This document shows positions 1 to 10,315 of a stretch of 48,925 nucleotides of DNA, one piece after another (position 1 is the first letter of the stretch; each line of letters starts with the position of its first letter). The notes under the pieces are model-generated. The model did no database searches and was not told the DNA's origin. It saw only the letters and a program-made list of their open reading frames with translations. The DNA comes from Candidatus Sericytochromatia bacterium (lineage in GTDB: Bacteria; Cyanobacteriota; Sericytochromatia; S15B-MN24; JAQBPE01), in the NCBI GenBank assembly GCA_035285125.1, contig JAYKHR010000120.1:1-48925 (forward strand). The letters are read 5' to 3'. The translations under genes and the position numbers were made by a program.

Positions 1-27
1 AAACGCAACCTGTTCGAGAGGTCCACC

Positions 28-429
28 ATGGCTGTCACCGATCCCATTGCGGATATGCTGACCTGCATCCGGAACGCCAACACGGCGAACCTGGACATGA
101 CCGAGTTCCCCAACTCCAAGCTCAAGCTCGAGCTGGCCCGCGTCCTCAAGGACGAGGGTTACATCGATGGCTACGAGGTGGTGAACCAGGACGCCGGCAA
201 GCCGCGCATCCGCGTTCAGCTCAAGTACGTCTCCGGCAAGCGCCGCGTCATCACGGGCATCAAGCGCATCTCCAAGCCCGGCCTGCGCGTTTACGTCGGG
301 AAGCACGACCTTCCCCGCGTCCTTGGCGGCCTTGGCGTCGCGATCCTGTCCACGCCTCGCGGCGTGATGTCTGATCGCGATTGCCGGAAGCAGGGCGTCG
401 GCGGCGAAGTCCTCGCGTACGTCTGGTAG
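28..429 (+). CDS. rpsH: 30S ribosomal protein S8
   Basis: TDPIADMLT..RNA N-terminus; RISKPGLRVY and GGEVLAYVW motifs; GAGG SD upstream. Confidence 0.99.
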   Translation: MAVTDPIADMLTCIRNANTANLDMTEFPNSKLKLELARVLKDEGYIDGYEVVNQDAGKPRIRVQLKYVSGKRRVITGIKRISKPGLRVYVGKHDLPRVLGGLGVAILSTPRGVMSDRDCRKQGVGGEVLAYVW

Positions 430-438
430 GAGGTTCCC

Positions 439-1011
439 ATGTCACAGTCTCGCATCGGTAAGCGGCCGATTACCCTCCCCGGCGGCGTCAAGGTCGACAT
501 CGTGGAAGGTCGCGGCAGCGGCCAGACCGTCTCTGTCACCGGCCCCAAGGGCACGCTGACCCGGACGCTCCGGCCTGAGGTTTCGGTCTCGCTGGAAGAT
601 GGCACGCTTCTGGTTCAGCCTCAGGGTGAGTCCAAGATGGCTCGCTCCCTGCATGGCCTCTCTCGCACGCTCGTCGCGAACATGGTCGACGGCGTCACCA
701 ATGGTTTCAAGAAGACCCTCGAGATCAACGGTGTCGGTTACCGTGCTGCGGTCGCCGGCTCTAAGCTGACGCTCCAGATGGGTTACTCGCACCCCGTCGA
801 GATCGAGGCGCCCCAGGGCATTACGTTCATCGTGCCGCCCGGCCCCAAGCCTTCCGTCGTGGTCGAGGGTATCGACAAGCAGCTCGTCGGCGACATGGCT
901 GCCAAGGTCCGGTCGGTTCGGCCGCCTGAGCCCTACAAGGGCAAGGGCATCAAGTACGACTACGAAGTCATTCGTCGCAAGGCCGGTAAGTCCGGCGGCA
1001 AGAAGAAGTAA
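439..1011 (+). CDS. rplF: 50S ribosomal protein L6
   Basis: [14 protein letters not shown] and [13 protein letters not shown] motifs; position in the spc operon. Confidence 0.99.
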   Translation: MSQSRIGKRPITLPGGVKVDIVEGRGSGQTVSVTGPKGTLTRTLRPEVSVSLEDGTLLVQPQGESKMARSLHGLSRTLVANMVDGVTNGFKKTLEINGVGYRAAVAGSKLTLQMGYSHPVEIEAPQGITFIVPPGPKPSVVVEGIDKQLVGDMAAKVRSVRPPEPYKGKGIKYDYEVIRRKAGKSGGKKK

Positions 1012-1022
1012 GGAGCCGCGCG

Positions 1023-1379
1023 ATGATCACCAAGAAGAGTCGCAAGCTGCAGACGGCCATCCGTCACGAGCGCATTCGCAAGAACCTCGCCGGCACGGCG
1101 GCCCGTCCGCGTCTCGCGGTCTATCGCTCCAACCAGCACGTGTATGCTCAGGTCATCGACGACGTCGCTGGCCGGACCCTCGTCGCGGCCTCGTCGCTCG
1201 AGCTCAAGCTCGAGAAGGGCGGCAACGTGGAAGCTGCCCGGCAGGTTGGTCAGGCCGTCGCTGAGCGCGCCAAGGCTGCTGGCATTGCCCAGGTCGTTTA
1301 CGACCGGGGTGGCAACCTCTACCACGGGCGCATCGCGGCGCTGGCGGATGCCGCGCGCGAAGCCGGCCTCGACTTCTAG
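1023..1379 (+). CDS. rplR: 50S ribosomal protein L18
   Basis: [20 protein letters not shown] and [25 protein letters not shown]. Confidence 0.99.
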   Translation: MITKKSRKLQTAIRHERIRKNLAGTAARPRLAVYRSNQHVYAQVIDDVAGRTLVAASSLELKLEKGGNVEAARQVGQAVAERAKAAGIAQVVYDRGGNLYHGRIAALADAAREAGLDF

Positions 1380-1390
1380 GAGCGTGAACC

Positions 1391-1978
1391 ATGGACAATC
1401 GCACGACTGAAAACAAGGACCGCGGCCGGCGCGGTCGCGACACCGGTCGGGGTCCCTCCGACCGCAGCGGTCAGCCCGCTGAGCCCTCGGAGTGGCAGGA
1501 GAAGGTCATCCAGATCCGTCGCGTCACCAAGGTCGTCAAGGGCGGCAAGAAGATGAGCTTCCGCGCCATCGTCGCCGTCGGCAACCAGAAGGGTCAGGTC
1601 GGCGTTGGCGTCGGCAAGGCCAACGAGGTTATCTCTGCGATCCAGAAGGCCATCGCTGATGCCAAGAAGGAACTGGTGACGGTTCCTATGGTCGGCAGCA
1701 CGATTCCTCACACCATCATCGGCATTGCCGATGCCAGCCGCGTCATGATCAAGCCTGCCTCGAAGGGCACGGGCGTTATCGCCGGTGGTGCCGTCCGGTC
1801 CGTGCTCGAGTTGGCCGGCATTCACGACATCCTGTCCAAGAACCTCGGGGCGTCTTCGCCGCTCAACAGCGCTCGCGCCACGGTCGATGGTCTTCGTCGC
1901 CTTCGCAGCGCCGCTGACGTGGCAGCCGCTCGCGGCAAGACCGTCGAAGAGATCATCGGGAAGGTGAAGCATGCCTGA
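1391..1978 (+). CDS. rpsE: 30S ribosomal protein S5
   Basis: [17 protein letters not shown] and [11 protein letters not shown] motifs. Confidence 0.99.
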   Translation: MDNRTTENKDRGRRGRDTGRGPSDRSGQPAEPSEWQEKVIQIRRVTKVVKGGKKMSFRAIVAVGNQKGQVGVGVGKANEVISAIQKAIADAKKELVTVPMVGSTIPHTIIGIADASRVMIKPASKGTGVIAGGAVRSVLELAGIHDILSKNLGASSPLNSARATVDGLRRLRSAADVAAARGKTVEEIIGKVKHA

Positions 1979-2162
1979 GACCAAGAAGATTAGCGTGAAG
2001 TTGGTTCGCAGCCGGATAGGCTATTGCTACAAGCAGCACCGCGTGTTGCAGTCGCTGGGCCTCGGCAAGACCAACAGCACCGTCTCCCATTTCGACACCC
2101 CGATCATTCGCGGCATGGTCAACAAGGTTCGCCACCTGGTGACCGTGTCCGAGGAGAACTGA
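1971..2162 (+). CDS. rpmD: 50S ribosomal protein L30
   Basis: 63 aa between rpsE and rpl[10 protein letters not shown]...LGL...[12 protein letters not shown]. Confidence 0.96.
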   Translation: MPETKKISVKLVRSRIGYCYKQHRVLQSLGLGKTNSTVSHFDTPIIRGMVNKVRHLVTVSEEN

Positions 2163-2166
2163 CACC

Positions 2167-2640
2167 ATGAACCTGACGGATCTCCGCCCCGCCGAGGGCG
2201 CCACCCACCCCGTCAAGCGGGTGGGCCGTGGCCACGGCTCGGGCATGGGTAAGACCTCGACCCGAGGCTATAACGGTCAGGGGCAGCGCTCCGGTGAGAG
2301 CAAGAAGATCGGCCACGAAGGTGGCCAGATGCCTCTTTACCGCCGGCTGCCCAAGAAGAAGCACTTCCGGATGCCTTACCGCTCCGAGTGGTCCATCGTC
2401 AACGTGGGCGACCTCGGGAGCTTCGCCAAGGGTGCTGTGGTTGACGCCGCCGCTCTCGTCGAGGCCGGGCTCATCAAGCGCGAACTCGACGGTGTTCGGG
2501 TGCTGGGTGCGGGCGACCTGGGTGTGGCGCTCACCGTGAAGGCCCACCACGTTACCGCTTCGGCCCGCGAGAAGATCGAGGCCGCGGGTGGCACCGTGGA
2601 GTTGCTCGGCGCCACCGAGGTTGGCTCCGGCGAAGGCTGA
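2167..2640 (+). CDS. rplO: 50S ribosomal protein L15
   Basis: RVGRGHGSGMGKTSTRG, EGGQMPLYRRLPK and SAREKIEAAGG. Confidence 0.99.
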   Translation: MNLTDLRPAEGATHPVKRVGRGHGSGMGKTSTRGYNGQGQRSGESKKIGHEGGQMPLYRRLPKKKHFRMPYRSEWSIVNVGDLGSFAKGAVVDAAALVEAGLIKRELDGVRVLGAGDLGVALTVKAHHVTASAREKIEAAGGTVELLGATEVGSGEG

Positions 2641-2647
2641 GCCCCCG

Positions 2648-2676
2648 AGCCCTCAGGCCCCTGTGGCCTGAGGGCT
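2648..2676 (+). other. Perfect 12-bp stem-loop between rplO and secY (possible attenuation or processing/stability hairpin)
   Basis: AGCCCTCAGGCC-cctgt-GGCCTGAGGGCT; no long U-tract follows. Confidence 0.6.
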
Positions 2677-2761
2677 TGGCCCTACATCATCCCGTCGAGC
2701 GCCCGGGGCCACGCTTCACGCGAGGTCTTAGTCGGGCGCTCACGGTTTCGGAGCACCAGAG

Positions 2762-4150
2762 TTGCAAGAGCAGAACAAGGTCGCCGCGGTCCTTCGGGAC
2801 CTCTGGCATGCCCCCGGCCTCCGGGAGAAGATCCTTTGGACGCTTGGGATGGTCGTCGTCTTCCGACTGATCGTCCACATTCCCGTTTCGGGCATCAAAC
2901 AGGATGTCCTGAATTCTTTGTTTGCCCAGATGAACTTTTTGGGCGGTTTCCTGGATTTCTTCTCCGGGGGAGCGCTCGCCAAGTTCTCGATCGTTGCGAT
3001 GGGCATCACGCCATACATCAACGCCAGCATCATCATGCAACTGATGACTGGGGTGATTCCCAAGCTCGAAGAGCTTCAGAAGGAGGGGGGCGAAGCCGGG
3101 CGGAAGCAGATCCAGCAGTGGACGCGCTACCTCATGCTTGTCCTTGCCACGATTCAGTCCTTTGGCATGAGCACCTGGTTGTGGCGCTCCGGCGCAGCCA
3201 TCGGTTACCCCGCAGACGGGCCTTATCCCTGGTGGTTCCTTATCTCCACCGTGTCGATCCTCGTCGCGGGCTCTGCCTTCATCATGTGGCTGGGTGAGGT
3301 CGTTACCGAGCGTGGCATCGGCAACGGTGCTTCCTTGATGATCTTTGCCGGCATCATCGCCGCCTTCCCGAGCTACATCTCCAAGACCTCCGAACTCATG
3401 AGCAGCGGCGGTGCCAGCGGCTTCGCCGTTATGGCGCTCGTGCTCGCGATGCTCGCCATGTTGGTGGCGATTGTGTTCGTTCAGGAGGGGCAGAGGCGCA
3501 TCCCGGTGCAGTCCGTCAAGAAGCAGGTTGCCGGTGGGCGCGTTGCCCCGGGACAGCAGAGTTATATCCCGCTCAAGGTCAACATGGGGGGTGTCATGCC
3601 TCTCATCTTTGCCTCTTCGCTGCTGATTTTCCCGGCAACCATCAGTCAGTTCCTCGGGCAGTCGAAGAGCACCGCCGTCAACTGGCACTTCACGGAGTCC
3701 GTCGCCTGGCAGTGGGACAATGTTAGGAACGCCCTGCAGGCTGGCTTGAACGGGTTCATGGCTGCCCTCAGCCCGTCCGGATGGCTCTATTTCTTCGTTT
3801 ACTTTGCTCTCATCATGTTCTTTTCGTACTTCTACGCCAGCCTGGTGTTGAACCCCACGGATCTGGCGGAAAACCTCAAGAAGTACGGCTCGTTCGTGCC
3901 GGGTTACAACCCGGGTAAGGCGACGGCAGAGTTCATCGAGCAGGTGCTGAACCGGATCACCTTCGCGGGCGGCGTTTTCCTCGGTCTGATTGCCGTCTTG
4001 CCCTACCTGGTCGAACGGGCTACGGGCGTTACCACGCTGCAGGGGCTCGGCTCCACGGCCCTGCTCATCATGGTTGGTGTGGCCATCGACCTCTACAACC
4101 AGTTGCAGACCCACCTCATCGCGAGGCAGTACGAAGGCTTCATGTCCTGA
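2762..4150 (+). CDS. secY: Preprotein translocase subunit SecY (TTG start)
   Basis: FSIVAMGITPYINASIIMQL, WLGEVVTERGIGNGASLMIFAGI and YIPLKVNMGGVMPLIFA; ~10 hydrophobic segments. Confidence 0.99.
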   Translation: MQEQNKVAAVLRDLWHAPGLREKILWTLGMVVVFRLIVHIPVSGIKQDVLNSLFAQMNFLGGFLDFFSGGALAKFSIVAMGITPYINASIIMQLMTGVIPKLEELQKEGGEAGRKQIQQWTRYLMLVLATIQSFGMSTWLWRSGAAIGYPADGPYPWWFLISTVSILVAGSAFIMWLGEVVTERGIGNGASLMIFAGIIAAFPSYISKTSELMSSGGASGFAVMALVLAMLAMLVAIVFVQEGQRRIPVQSVKKQVAGGRVAPGQQSYIPLKVNMGGVMPLIFASSLLIFPATISQFLGQSKSTAVNWHFTESVAWQWDNVRNALQAGLNGFMAALSPSGWLYFFVYFALIMFFSYFYASLVLNPTDLAENLKKYGSFVPGYNPGKATAEFIEQVLNRITFAGGVFLGLIAVLPYLVERATGVTTLQGLGSTALLIMVGVAIDLYNQLQTHLIARQYEGFMS

Positions 4151-4201
4151 GGTCTCGGCACGGTGGCGGCTTGGGCCGTCGGTTCTGAAGGAGCGATCAC
4201 G

Positions 4202-4861
4202 ATGCGCATCGTCTTGCTGGGAGCGCCTGGTGCCGGGAAAGGCACGCAGGCTCGGATGCTCTCCACCACGTATGAAATTCCCCAGATCTCCACGGGTGAC
4301 ATGCTCCGGGCTGCCGTCAAGGCCGGTACCCCTCTCGGCCTCGAGGCCAAGCGGTTCATGGATGCTGGCAACCTGGTTCCCGACGAGGTCATGATCGGCC
4401 TGATCCGCGAGCGGCTCGCTGAGGCCGACGCCCACAATGGTTTTCTGCTGGACGGTTTCCCCAGGACTGAGCCTCAGGCGGAGGCCCTTGATGCCATGCT
4501 TGCCGGGATCGGCCGTGACCTACAGCTTGCCATCGACGTGGCCGTGCCGGAAGACGACCTCGTGGAGCGACTGTCTGGTCGTCGGGTGTGCCGTGAGTGC
4601 GGGGCCTCCTTCCACGTTCAGTTCAACCCGAGCGCCAAGGGGGCTTCCTGCGATGCCTGCGATGGCGAGCTTTACCAGCGGGCCGACGATGCGGCTGACA
4701 CCGTTCGTAACCGGTTGAGGGTCTACCAGGAGCAGACTGCCCCCATATCGGCCCGTTACGAGCGCGCGGGAATTTTGCGGCGCTTGGACGGGAGCCGCTC
4801 CATGGACGAGGTGCGGGCCGATCTGTCCGTCATTCTCGACAGCCTGAAGGTTGCCCGATGA
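4202..4861 (+). CDS. adk: Adenylate kinase, long form with CxxC...CxxC zinc LID
   Basis: P-loop GAPGAGKGTQ; ISTGDMLR; LDGFPR; LID CRECG...CDAC; GAAGGAG SD before ATG 4202. Confidence 0.98.
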   Translation: MRIVLLGAPGAGKGTQARMLSTTYEIPQISTGDMLRAAVKAGTPLGLEAKRFMDAGNLVPDEVMIGLIRERLAEADAHNGFLLDGFPRTEPQAEALDAMLAGIGRDLQLAIDVAVPEDDLVERLSGRRVCRECGASFHVQFNPSAKGASCDACDGELYQRADDAADTVRNRLRVYQEQTAPISARYERAGILRRLDGSRSMDEVRADLSVILDSLKVAR

Positions 4862-5622
4862 GTGTGCTGAAGAAGGCCTCGGAGTTTGAGGCCATGCGGA
4901 AGGCTGGCTTGCTGGTTGCGCTGGCCCACGAGGCCATCGCCGAGGCTGTCCGGCCTGGAATCTCAAGCAAGGACCTGGACGTGATTGCCGAGGCTGTCAT
5001 CGTCAAGGGAGGGGGGCGTCCTGCGTTCAAGGGTTACCACGGCTTTCCTGCGACCATCTGTGCCTCCTACAACGAGGAGGTCGTTCACGGCATTCCCTCC
5101 CGGCGGAAGCTTGAGGAGGGGGACATTATTTCGGTGGACATCGGGGCCATCTTCGATGGCTACTATGGCGATTCGGCCTGGACCTACGGTGTCGGGAAGC
5201 TTTCGCCAGAGGTAGCGAAGCTGCTCGAGGTCACCGAGGCCAGCCTGTACTCGGGGCTGGCCCAGGCCCGCGCCGGACATCGGATCGGCCGCGTTGGGGG
5301 CGCCGTTCAGGACGTTGTTGAGGTTGCGGGTTTCTCCGTGGTGCGGGATTTTGTTGGTCACGGCATCGGGCCGAACCTTCACGAGTCACCACAGATCCCC
5401 AACTACCGAACGCACGACGAGGGCCCCGTGCTCCAACTTGGAGAGGCCCTTGCCATCGAACCGATGGTCAACATCGGCGGTCACGAGGTTCGAGTCAAGA
5501 AGAACGGGTGGACTGTCGTCACGACGGACGGGTCGTGGTCTGCTCACTTCGAACACACCGTCATCGTCACGGAAGGCGAGCCTGAGATCACAACGCGGAG
5601 ATCAGGCGTACTGGCCTTGTGA
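4858..5622 (+). CDS. map: Type I methionine aminopeptidase
   Basis: NEEVVHGIP, GDIISVDIG, GHGIG..LHE, AIEPMVN and SAHFEHT; ATGA overlap with adk. Confidence 0.98.
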   Translation: MSVLKKASEFEAMRKAGLLVALAHEAIAEAVRPGISSKDLDVIAEAVIVKGGGRPAFKGYHGFPATICASYNEEVVHGIPSRRKLEEGDIISVDIGAIFDGYYGDSAWTYGVGKLSPEVAKLLEVTEASLYSGLAQARAGHRIGRVGGAVQDVVEVAGFSVVRDFVGHGIGPNLHESPQIPNYRTHDEGPVLQLGEALAIEPMVNIGGHEVRVKKNGWTVVTTDGSWSAHFEHTVIVTEGEPEITTRRSGVLAL

Positions 5623-5646
5623 CAAAAGGAAAATGCAGGTTAAAAT
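5617..5646 (+). promoter_or_regulatory. Putative internal sigma70 promoter for rpmJ and the alpha operon
   Basis: TTGTGA (5617-5622), 18 nt, TAAAAT (5641-5646) in an AT-rich gap. Confidence 0.45.
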
Positions 5647-5676
5647 AAGGGAAACATCCCAGAAAGGAGTCGGTCC

Positions 5677-5790
5677 ATGAAGGTCCGTGCCTCGGTCAAG
5701 CCCATTTGCGAGAAGTGCCGCGTTATCAAGCGTCACAACCGCGTGATGGTGATCTGCGAGAACCCCAAGCACAAGCAGCGTCAGGGCTGA
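5677..5790 (+). CDS. rpmJ: 50S ribosomal protein L36, zinc-binding type (not in the ORF track)
   Basis: Translated by hand: [45 protein letters not shown]. Confidence 0.99.
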   Translation: MKVRASVKPICEKCRVIKRHNRVMVICENPKHKQRQG

Positions 5791-5882
5791 GTGGAGGAGG
5801 GGCGCCGATCGCGCCCCCCTTGCGGGTTCCTGACAGTCTGTGCGATATTAAGTAGTTATTAAATCCAGGAGGAACGTACCCC

Positions 5883-6251
5883 ATGGCCCGTATTGCAGGC
5901 GTGGACCTCCCGCGGGAAAAGCGGATCGAGGTTGCGCTGACCTACATCTTCGGCATCGGTCCTTTCAAGGCTTCCCAGATCCTGACCCGGACCCGGTTGA
6001 ACCCGGACACCCGTACCAAGGATCTTACGGAAGAGGAAATCGGCCGGCTGCGTGAGGAGATCGACCGCAACCATCAGGTCGAGGGTGACCTCCGCCGCGA
6101 GGTTTCCATGAACATCAAGCGGCTGATCGAGATTGGTTCTTACCGGGGCATCCGTCATCGTCGCGGCCTGCCGCTTCGCGGCCAGCGCACGAAGACGAAC
6201 GCCCGGACCCGCCGCGGCGCCAAGAAGACCGTCGCTGGTAAGAAGAAGTAG
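5883..6251 (+). CDS. rpsM: 30S ribosomal protein S13
   Basis: [14 protein letters not shown] and [12 protein letters not shown]. Confidence 0.99.
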   Translation: MARIAGVDLPREKRIEVALTYIFGIGPFKASQILTRTRLNPDTRTKDLTEEEIGRLREEIDRNHQVEGDLRREVSMNIKRLIEIGSYRGIRHRRGLPLRGQRTKTNARTRRGAKKTVAGKKK

Positions 6252-6460
6252 TTTTCGCCGCGAGTGCGGCACTCGGGTTGGTGATCCGCCTGGCAGGTAC
6301 GGCTGCCCCCAGGCGTCTCGCCGCCAACTCCTTGCTCGAAGTCCCGGTGCCTGGCGGGTTTCCCGCCCGGCGCCAGCCCATTAAAGTCCACCAGAATTAC
6401 ACCCGGGTCCAGGTCCGGCTTTTTTAACCGGAAACCACCCGACACCGTGGAGGTCTACCC

Positions 6461-6850
6461 GTGGCTAAGCCCACCGCCAAGCCGAAGCGTCGCGAGCGCA
6501 AGAACATCGCCAACGGCGTCGTTCATATCTCGTCGACGTTCAACAACACCATCGTCAGCATCACCGACATGCAGGGCAACACGATTTCGTGGGGCTCCGC
6601 TGGTACCGCCGGTTTCAAGGGCGCCAAGAAGGGCACGCCGTTTGCGGCCCAGATGGCGGCTGACGGGTGCGCCCAGCGCGCCCGCGAACACGGCATGCAG
6701 CAGGTCGAAGTGCTGGTGAAGGGGCCGGGCTCCGGCCGTGAAACCGCCATCCGCGCGCTCCAGGCCGCCGGGTTGGAAATCACCCTGATCAAGGATGTGA
6801 CGCCCATCCCTCACAACGGCTGCCGTCCGCCGAAGCGCCGTCGCGTCTAG
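6461..6850 (+). CDS. rpsK: 30S ribosomal protein S11 (GTG start)
   Basis: [26 protein letters not shown] and [25 protein letters not shown]. Confidence 0.99.
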   Translation: MAKPTAKPKRRERKNIANGVVHISSTFNNTIVSITDMQGNTISWGSAGTAGFKGAKKGTPFAAQMAADGCAQRAREHGMQQVEVLVKGPGSGRETAIRALQAAGLEITLIKDVTPIPHNGCRPPKRRRV

Positions 6851-6944
6851 TCGGCTTCACGTCGCGGCGAACGCCCGCTCCCGTGGAGTGTGTGCCTTCG
6901 CCCACCGGTTCACCGTTCAGGTTCCTGCAAGGAGGAATTGCCAA

Positions 6945-7565
6945 GTGGCTCGCTATACCGATGCCCGCTGCCGGCTGTGCCGCGCGGAAGGGATCAAGCT
7001 CTTTCTGAAGGGCGACAAGTGCAACAGCGCCAAGTGCGCCATCGCTCGCCGGAATTACCGGCCCGGCATGCACGGCCAGGCTCGTCACAAGCCTTCCGAG
7101 TATGCCATTCGGCTTCGTGAGAAGCAGAAGGTCCGCCGCGTTTACGGCGTTCTTGAGAAGCAGTTCCGGCGCTACTATGCCGAGGCTGTGCGCCAGCGCG
7201 GCGTCACGGGTGAGGTCCTGCTCGCGTTGCTCGAGCGTCGGCTCGACAACGTCGTGTTCCGGCTCGGGCTCGCCTCCAGCCGCTCGCAGGCCCGCCAGTT
7301 CGTCGGCCACGGCATGATCGAGGTCAACGGCGTCCGCACGGACATCGCAAGCTTTCAGGTCAAGCCTGGCATGGTGGTGAAGGTCACGGAGAAGAAGACC
7401 GACTTCTTCAAGAAGCGGCTCGAGGGCATCACTGCCCCGCGCGTCCCGACCTGGCTCGCGTTCGAGGCGGACAAGCTCCAGGGCTCCGTCGTCAGCTTGC
7501 CCAACCGTGAAGAGAACGACACGCCCGCCAACGAGCAGTACATCATCGAGTACTACTCGCGGTAA
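6945..7565 (+). CDS. rpsD: 30S ribosomal protein S4, zinc-ribbon type (GTG start at 6945)
   Basis: ARYTDARCRLCRAEGIKLFLKGDKC, LERRLDNVVFRLG and IIEYYSR; AAGGAGG SD before 6945. Confidence 0.98.
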   Translation: MARYTDARCRLCRAEGIKLFLKGDKCNSAKCAIARRNYRPGMHGQARHKPSEYAIRLREKQKVRRVYGVLEKQFRRYYAEAVRQRGVTGEVLLALLERRLDNVVFRLGLASSRSQARQFVGHGMIEVNGVRTDIASFQVKPGMVVKVTEKKTDFFKKRLEGITAPRVPTWLAFEADKLQGSVVSLPNREENDTPANEQYIIEYYSR

Positions 7566-7630
7566 CGCCCCGTTCGTTCCCAGAGGCCGCTGGCATCGCC
7601 AGCGGCCGCACGGAGAAAAGGAAACCACCG

Positions 7631-8605
7631 ATGGACAAGCCGAACATTCAGTGCGTCGAGACCCGCACCACCGAAGAAGGTCTCCACTACAGCCGCTTTG
7701 TTGCGGAGCCCCTTGAGCGCGGCTACGGAACGACCCTCGGCAACGCGCTGCGTCGGGTGCTGCTTTCTGATCTCGAAGGCGCAGCCATCACGGCCATCCG
7801 CATCGACGGCGTGCCGCACGAGTTCAGCACGATTCCTGGCGTGAGCGAGGACGTCGTCGATGTGGTGCTCAACCTCAAGGGTGTGGTGCTCAAGCTCCAC
7901 GGCTCCGAGGCGAAGAGCGCGCACATCAAGGTCAGCCGTGAGGGGCCGGTCACGGCCGGAGATATCATCGTTGACCCCGATGTTGAGGTTCTCAACCCCG
8001 ACTGGCACATCGCCACCCTCGACGCTGGTGCGTCGCTCGAGATGGAGCTCCACATCGAGCGTGGTAAGGGCTTTGTGCCGGCCGAGCGCAACCGCAAGGC
8101 GCAGCAGACCGTTGGTGTCATCCCCATTGATGCCATCTACATGCCGGTCCGCAAGGTCAACTACACGATCGAGGACACCCGCGTCGGTCAGTCTGTGGAT
8201 TTCGACCGCCTCAACCTGGAGGTTTGGTCCAACGGCTCCGTCACCGCTGAGGAAGCCCTTTCGAAGGCTGCCGAGCTGTTGATCGAGCAGTTCCGGCCCT
8301 TCGCCCTCCTTGGTCGCGATGAGTCCGAGCTCGCCGGCATCGACCACGTCGCCGGGCCCTCTGGCGGTGGCAGCTCGCCGCTCGATCTTTCGATCGAGGA
8401 ACTGGAGCTCTCCGTCCGCGCCTACAACTGCCTCAAACGGGCCAACATCTACACCGTCGGCGATTTGCTGAAGAAGTCCGAGCGCGAGCTCATGGACATC
8501 AAGAACTTCGGCAAGAAATCTGCGGACGAGGTGATCGAGCGTCTGAAGGCCTTTGGCTATTCCATGGCCAAGGACAAGGACGAAGAGCCCGCGCACGCCG
8601 ACTGA
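7631..8605 (+). CDS. rpoA: RNA polymerase alpha subunit
   Basis: [21 protein letters not shown]; alpha-[27 protein letters not shown]. Confidence 0.99.
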   Translation: MDKPNIQCVETRTTEEGLHYSRFVAEPLERGYGTTLGNALRRVLLSDLEGAAITAIRIDGVPHEFSTIPGVSEDVVDVVLNLKGVVLKLHGSEAKSAHIKVSREGPVTAGDIIVDPDVEVLNPDWHIATLDAGASLEMELHIERGKGFVPAERNRKAQQTVGVIPIDAIYMPVRKVNYTIEDTRVGQSVDFDRLNLEVWSNGSVTAEEALSKAAELLIEQFRPFALLGRDESELAGIDHVAGPSGGGSSPLDLSIEELELSVRAYNCLKRANIYTVGDLLKKSERELMDIKNFGKKSADEVIERLKAFGYSMAKDKDEEPAHAD

Positions 8606-8636
8606 GCCAGCCGGTCAGAATCAGAAGGAACATCCC

Positions 8637-8990
8637 ATGCGTCACCAGAAGAAGCGTCACCTGCTCGGGCGCCCAGCCGACCAACGGAAGGCCGTGCTCC
8701 GCGCGTTGACCACCGCCGCCCTGCGGCACGATCGCATCGAGACCACCGAGGCCAAGGCCAAGGCAGTCGTCTCGGTGATCGATCAGATGATCACCCTTGC
8801 CAAGCGTGGTGACCTCCACGCGCGGCGACAGGTGGCCGGCTTCGTCTACGAGAAGGACGTCGTCAAGCGTCTCTTCGACGAGGTCGCCCCCCGCTTCCAG
8901 GACGTGAACGGCGGTTACACCCGCATCGTCAAGACGCCCCCGCGTCGTGGCGACGCGGCTCCGATGGCCATCGTCTCGCTGGAGGTTTGA
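8637..8990 (+). CDS. rplQ: 50S ribosomal protein L17
   Basis: MRHQK...[17 protein letters not shown] and [25 protein letters not shown]. Confidence 0.98.
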   Translation: MRHQKKRHLLGRPADQRKAVLRALTTAALRHDRIETTEAKAKAVVSVIDQMITLAKRGDLHARRQVAGFVYEKDVVKRLFDEVAPRFQDVNGGYTRIVKTPPRRGDAAPMAIVSLEV

Positions 8991-9010
8991 ATCAGGCTTC
9001 AGGTGCCGCC

Positions 9011-9778
9011 ATGCACACGGTGCGAATGCTCGTGAGTTATGACGGCACCGACCTGCTCGGTTGGCAGGTCCAGTCCCGTGGGCGCACCGTCCAAGGTGAA
9101 CTGGAGGCGGCTCTGGCCCGGGTCCTCAAGGCCGAAGTCAGAACCGCAGGGGCCGGCCGGACCGACGCCGGCGTTCACGCCGTCGGGCAGGTCGTCAGCT
9201 TCGTCACCTCCCGACTCCTACCGGAGCGGGCTTGGGTACCGGCGCTGAACTCGGTTCTTCCCAGGGACATTGCCGTGTTGCGTGCTGAAGAGGTTTCCCC
9301 GGACTTCCACGCTCGCCACTCGGCCATCAGTCGGAGTTATCGCTACGCCATTGTGCATCGTGGTCCGCGGATGCCGCTTCAAGCGCGGCACGCCAGCTGG
9401 GTCGAGGGTCCCCTCGATCTCGAGGCGATGCGGGAGGTGTGGACCTCGCTTCTGGGTACACACGACTTCACCCACTTCGGCAGCACGGGGAGTGACCCCA
9501 GCAGTCCGATTTGCACGGTGACCCACGCCAGGCTTCAGGAGGACGGCAACACCCTCTATCTCGACATCACCGCGGATCACTTCCTGTACCACATGGTTCG
9601 GCGCCTCGTCGGCACGGCCATCCGCGTTGGAAGAGGCGTTCTCGGCGTCGAGGGTTTTCGGGATACCTGGCTGGGCCGCGCGCCCAGGCCGTCGGGTCCC
9701 ACGGCACCACCCCACGGACTCACCTTCGTGGCGGCGGGTTACCCTCCTCACCTGGCTTGGCCGAGCGCCAACCCCTGA
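9011..9778 (+). CDS. truA: tRNA pseudouridine(38-40) synthase TruA (alternative TTG start 8987)
   Basis: [29 protein letters not shown] and TAPPHGL. Confidence 0.97.
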   Translation: MHTVRMLVSYDGTDLLGWQVQSRGRTVQGELEAALARVLKAEVRTAGAGRTDAGVHAVGQVVSFVTSRLLPERAWVPALNSVLPRDIAVLRAEEVSPDFHARHSAISRSYRYAIVHRGPRMPLQARHASWVEGPLDLEAMREVWTSLLGTHDFTHFGSTGSDPSSPICTVTHARLQEDGNTLYLDITADHFLYHMVRRLVGTAIRVGRGVLGVEGFRDTWLGRAPRPSGPTAPPHGLTFVAAGYPPHLAWPSANP

Positions 9779-9860
9779 AAACAGTCAGCCACCACCCAGA
9801 CACCAAGGCTTCCGGTCCTCCGCGCAGGCGGCACCCGGGCCGGAAGAAGGAGAATCCGTT

Positions 9861-10295
9861 ATGCAGACCACTATGGCCAAGGAAGGCGAGGTCGTCCGTC
9901 ACTGGCACCTCGTCGACGCCGAAGGGCAGACCCTGGGCCGGCTGGCGACGGTCGTCGCCACCCTCCTCCGGGGAAAGAACAAGCCGATCTTCACCCCCAA
10001 CGTTGACACGGGTGACTTCGTTGTCGTCATCAATGCAGACAAGGTCGTCGTGACCGGCAAAAAGTCGTCGGACAAGGAGTATATCCACCACACGGGTTGG
10101 CCCGGTGGTTTCCGGAAGACGACGTTTTCCAAGCTCCAGGGGCAGCACCCTGTCCGCATCATCGAGAAGGCGGTGCGCGGCATGATCCCCCACACCAAGC
10201 TTGGGGCCGCCCAACTCAAGAAGCTGAAGGTCTACGCGGGGGCGGAGCATCCGCACGCCGCGCAGGCGCCCACGGCTTACGACCTGTCCAACTAG
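9861..10295 (+). CDS. rplM: 50S ribosomal protein L13
   Basis: [39 protein letters not shown] and HPHAAQ; AAGGAG SD. Confidence 0.99.
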   Translation: MQTTMAKEGEVVRHWHLVDAEGQTLGRLATVVATLLRGKNKPIFTPNVDTGDFVVVINADKVVVTGKKSSDKEYIHHTGWPGGFRKTTFSKLQGQHPVRIIEKAVRGMIPHTKLGAAQLKKLKVYAGAEHPHAAQAPTAYDLSN

Positions 10296-10315
10296 CGTTA
10301 AGGAGCACCTGAACG

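Noticed and set aside
6405..6440. CCAGGTCCGG resembling SRP RNA domain IV
   Set aside because: It is not followed by AAGGAAGCAGC; treated as part of the structured rpsM-rpsK spacer.
9627..9860. N-terminal extensions in the ORF track (rplM from 9627, rpsD from 6888, rplQ from 8553, adk from 4163, oxidase from 10747, OMP from 41009, lipoprotein from 45557)
   Set aside because: Downstream starts have clear SD sequences and match family N-termini or signal peptides.
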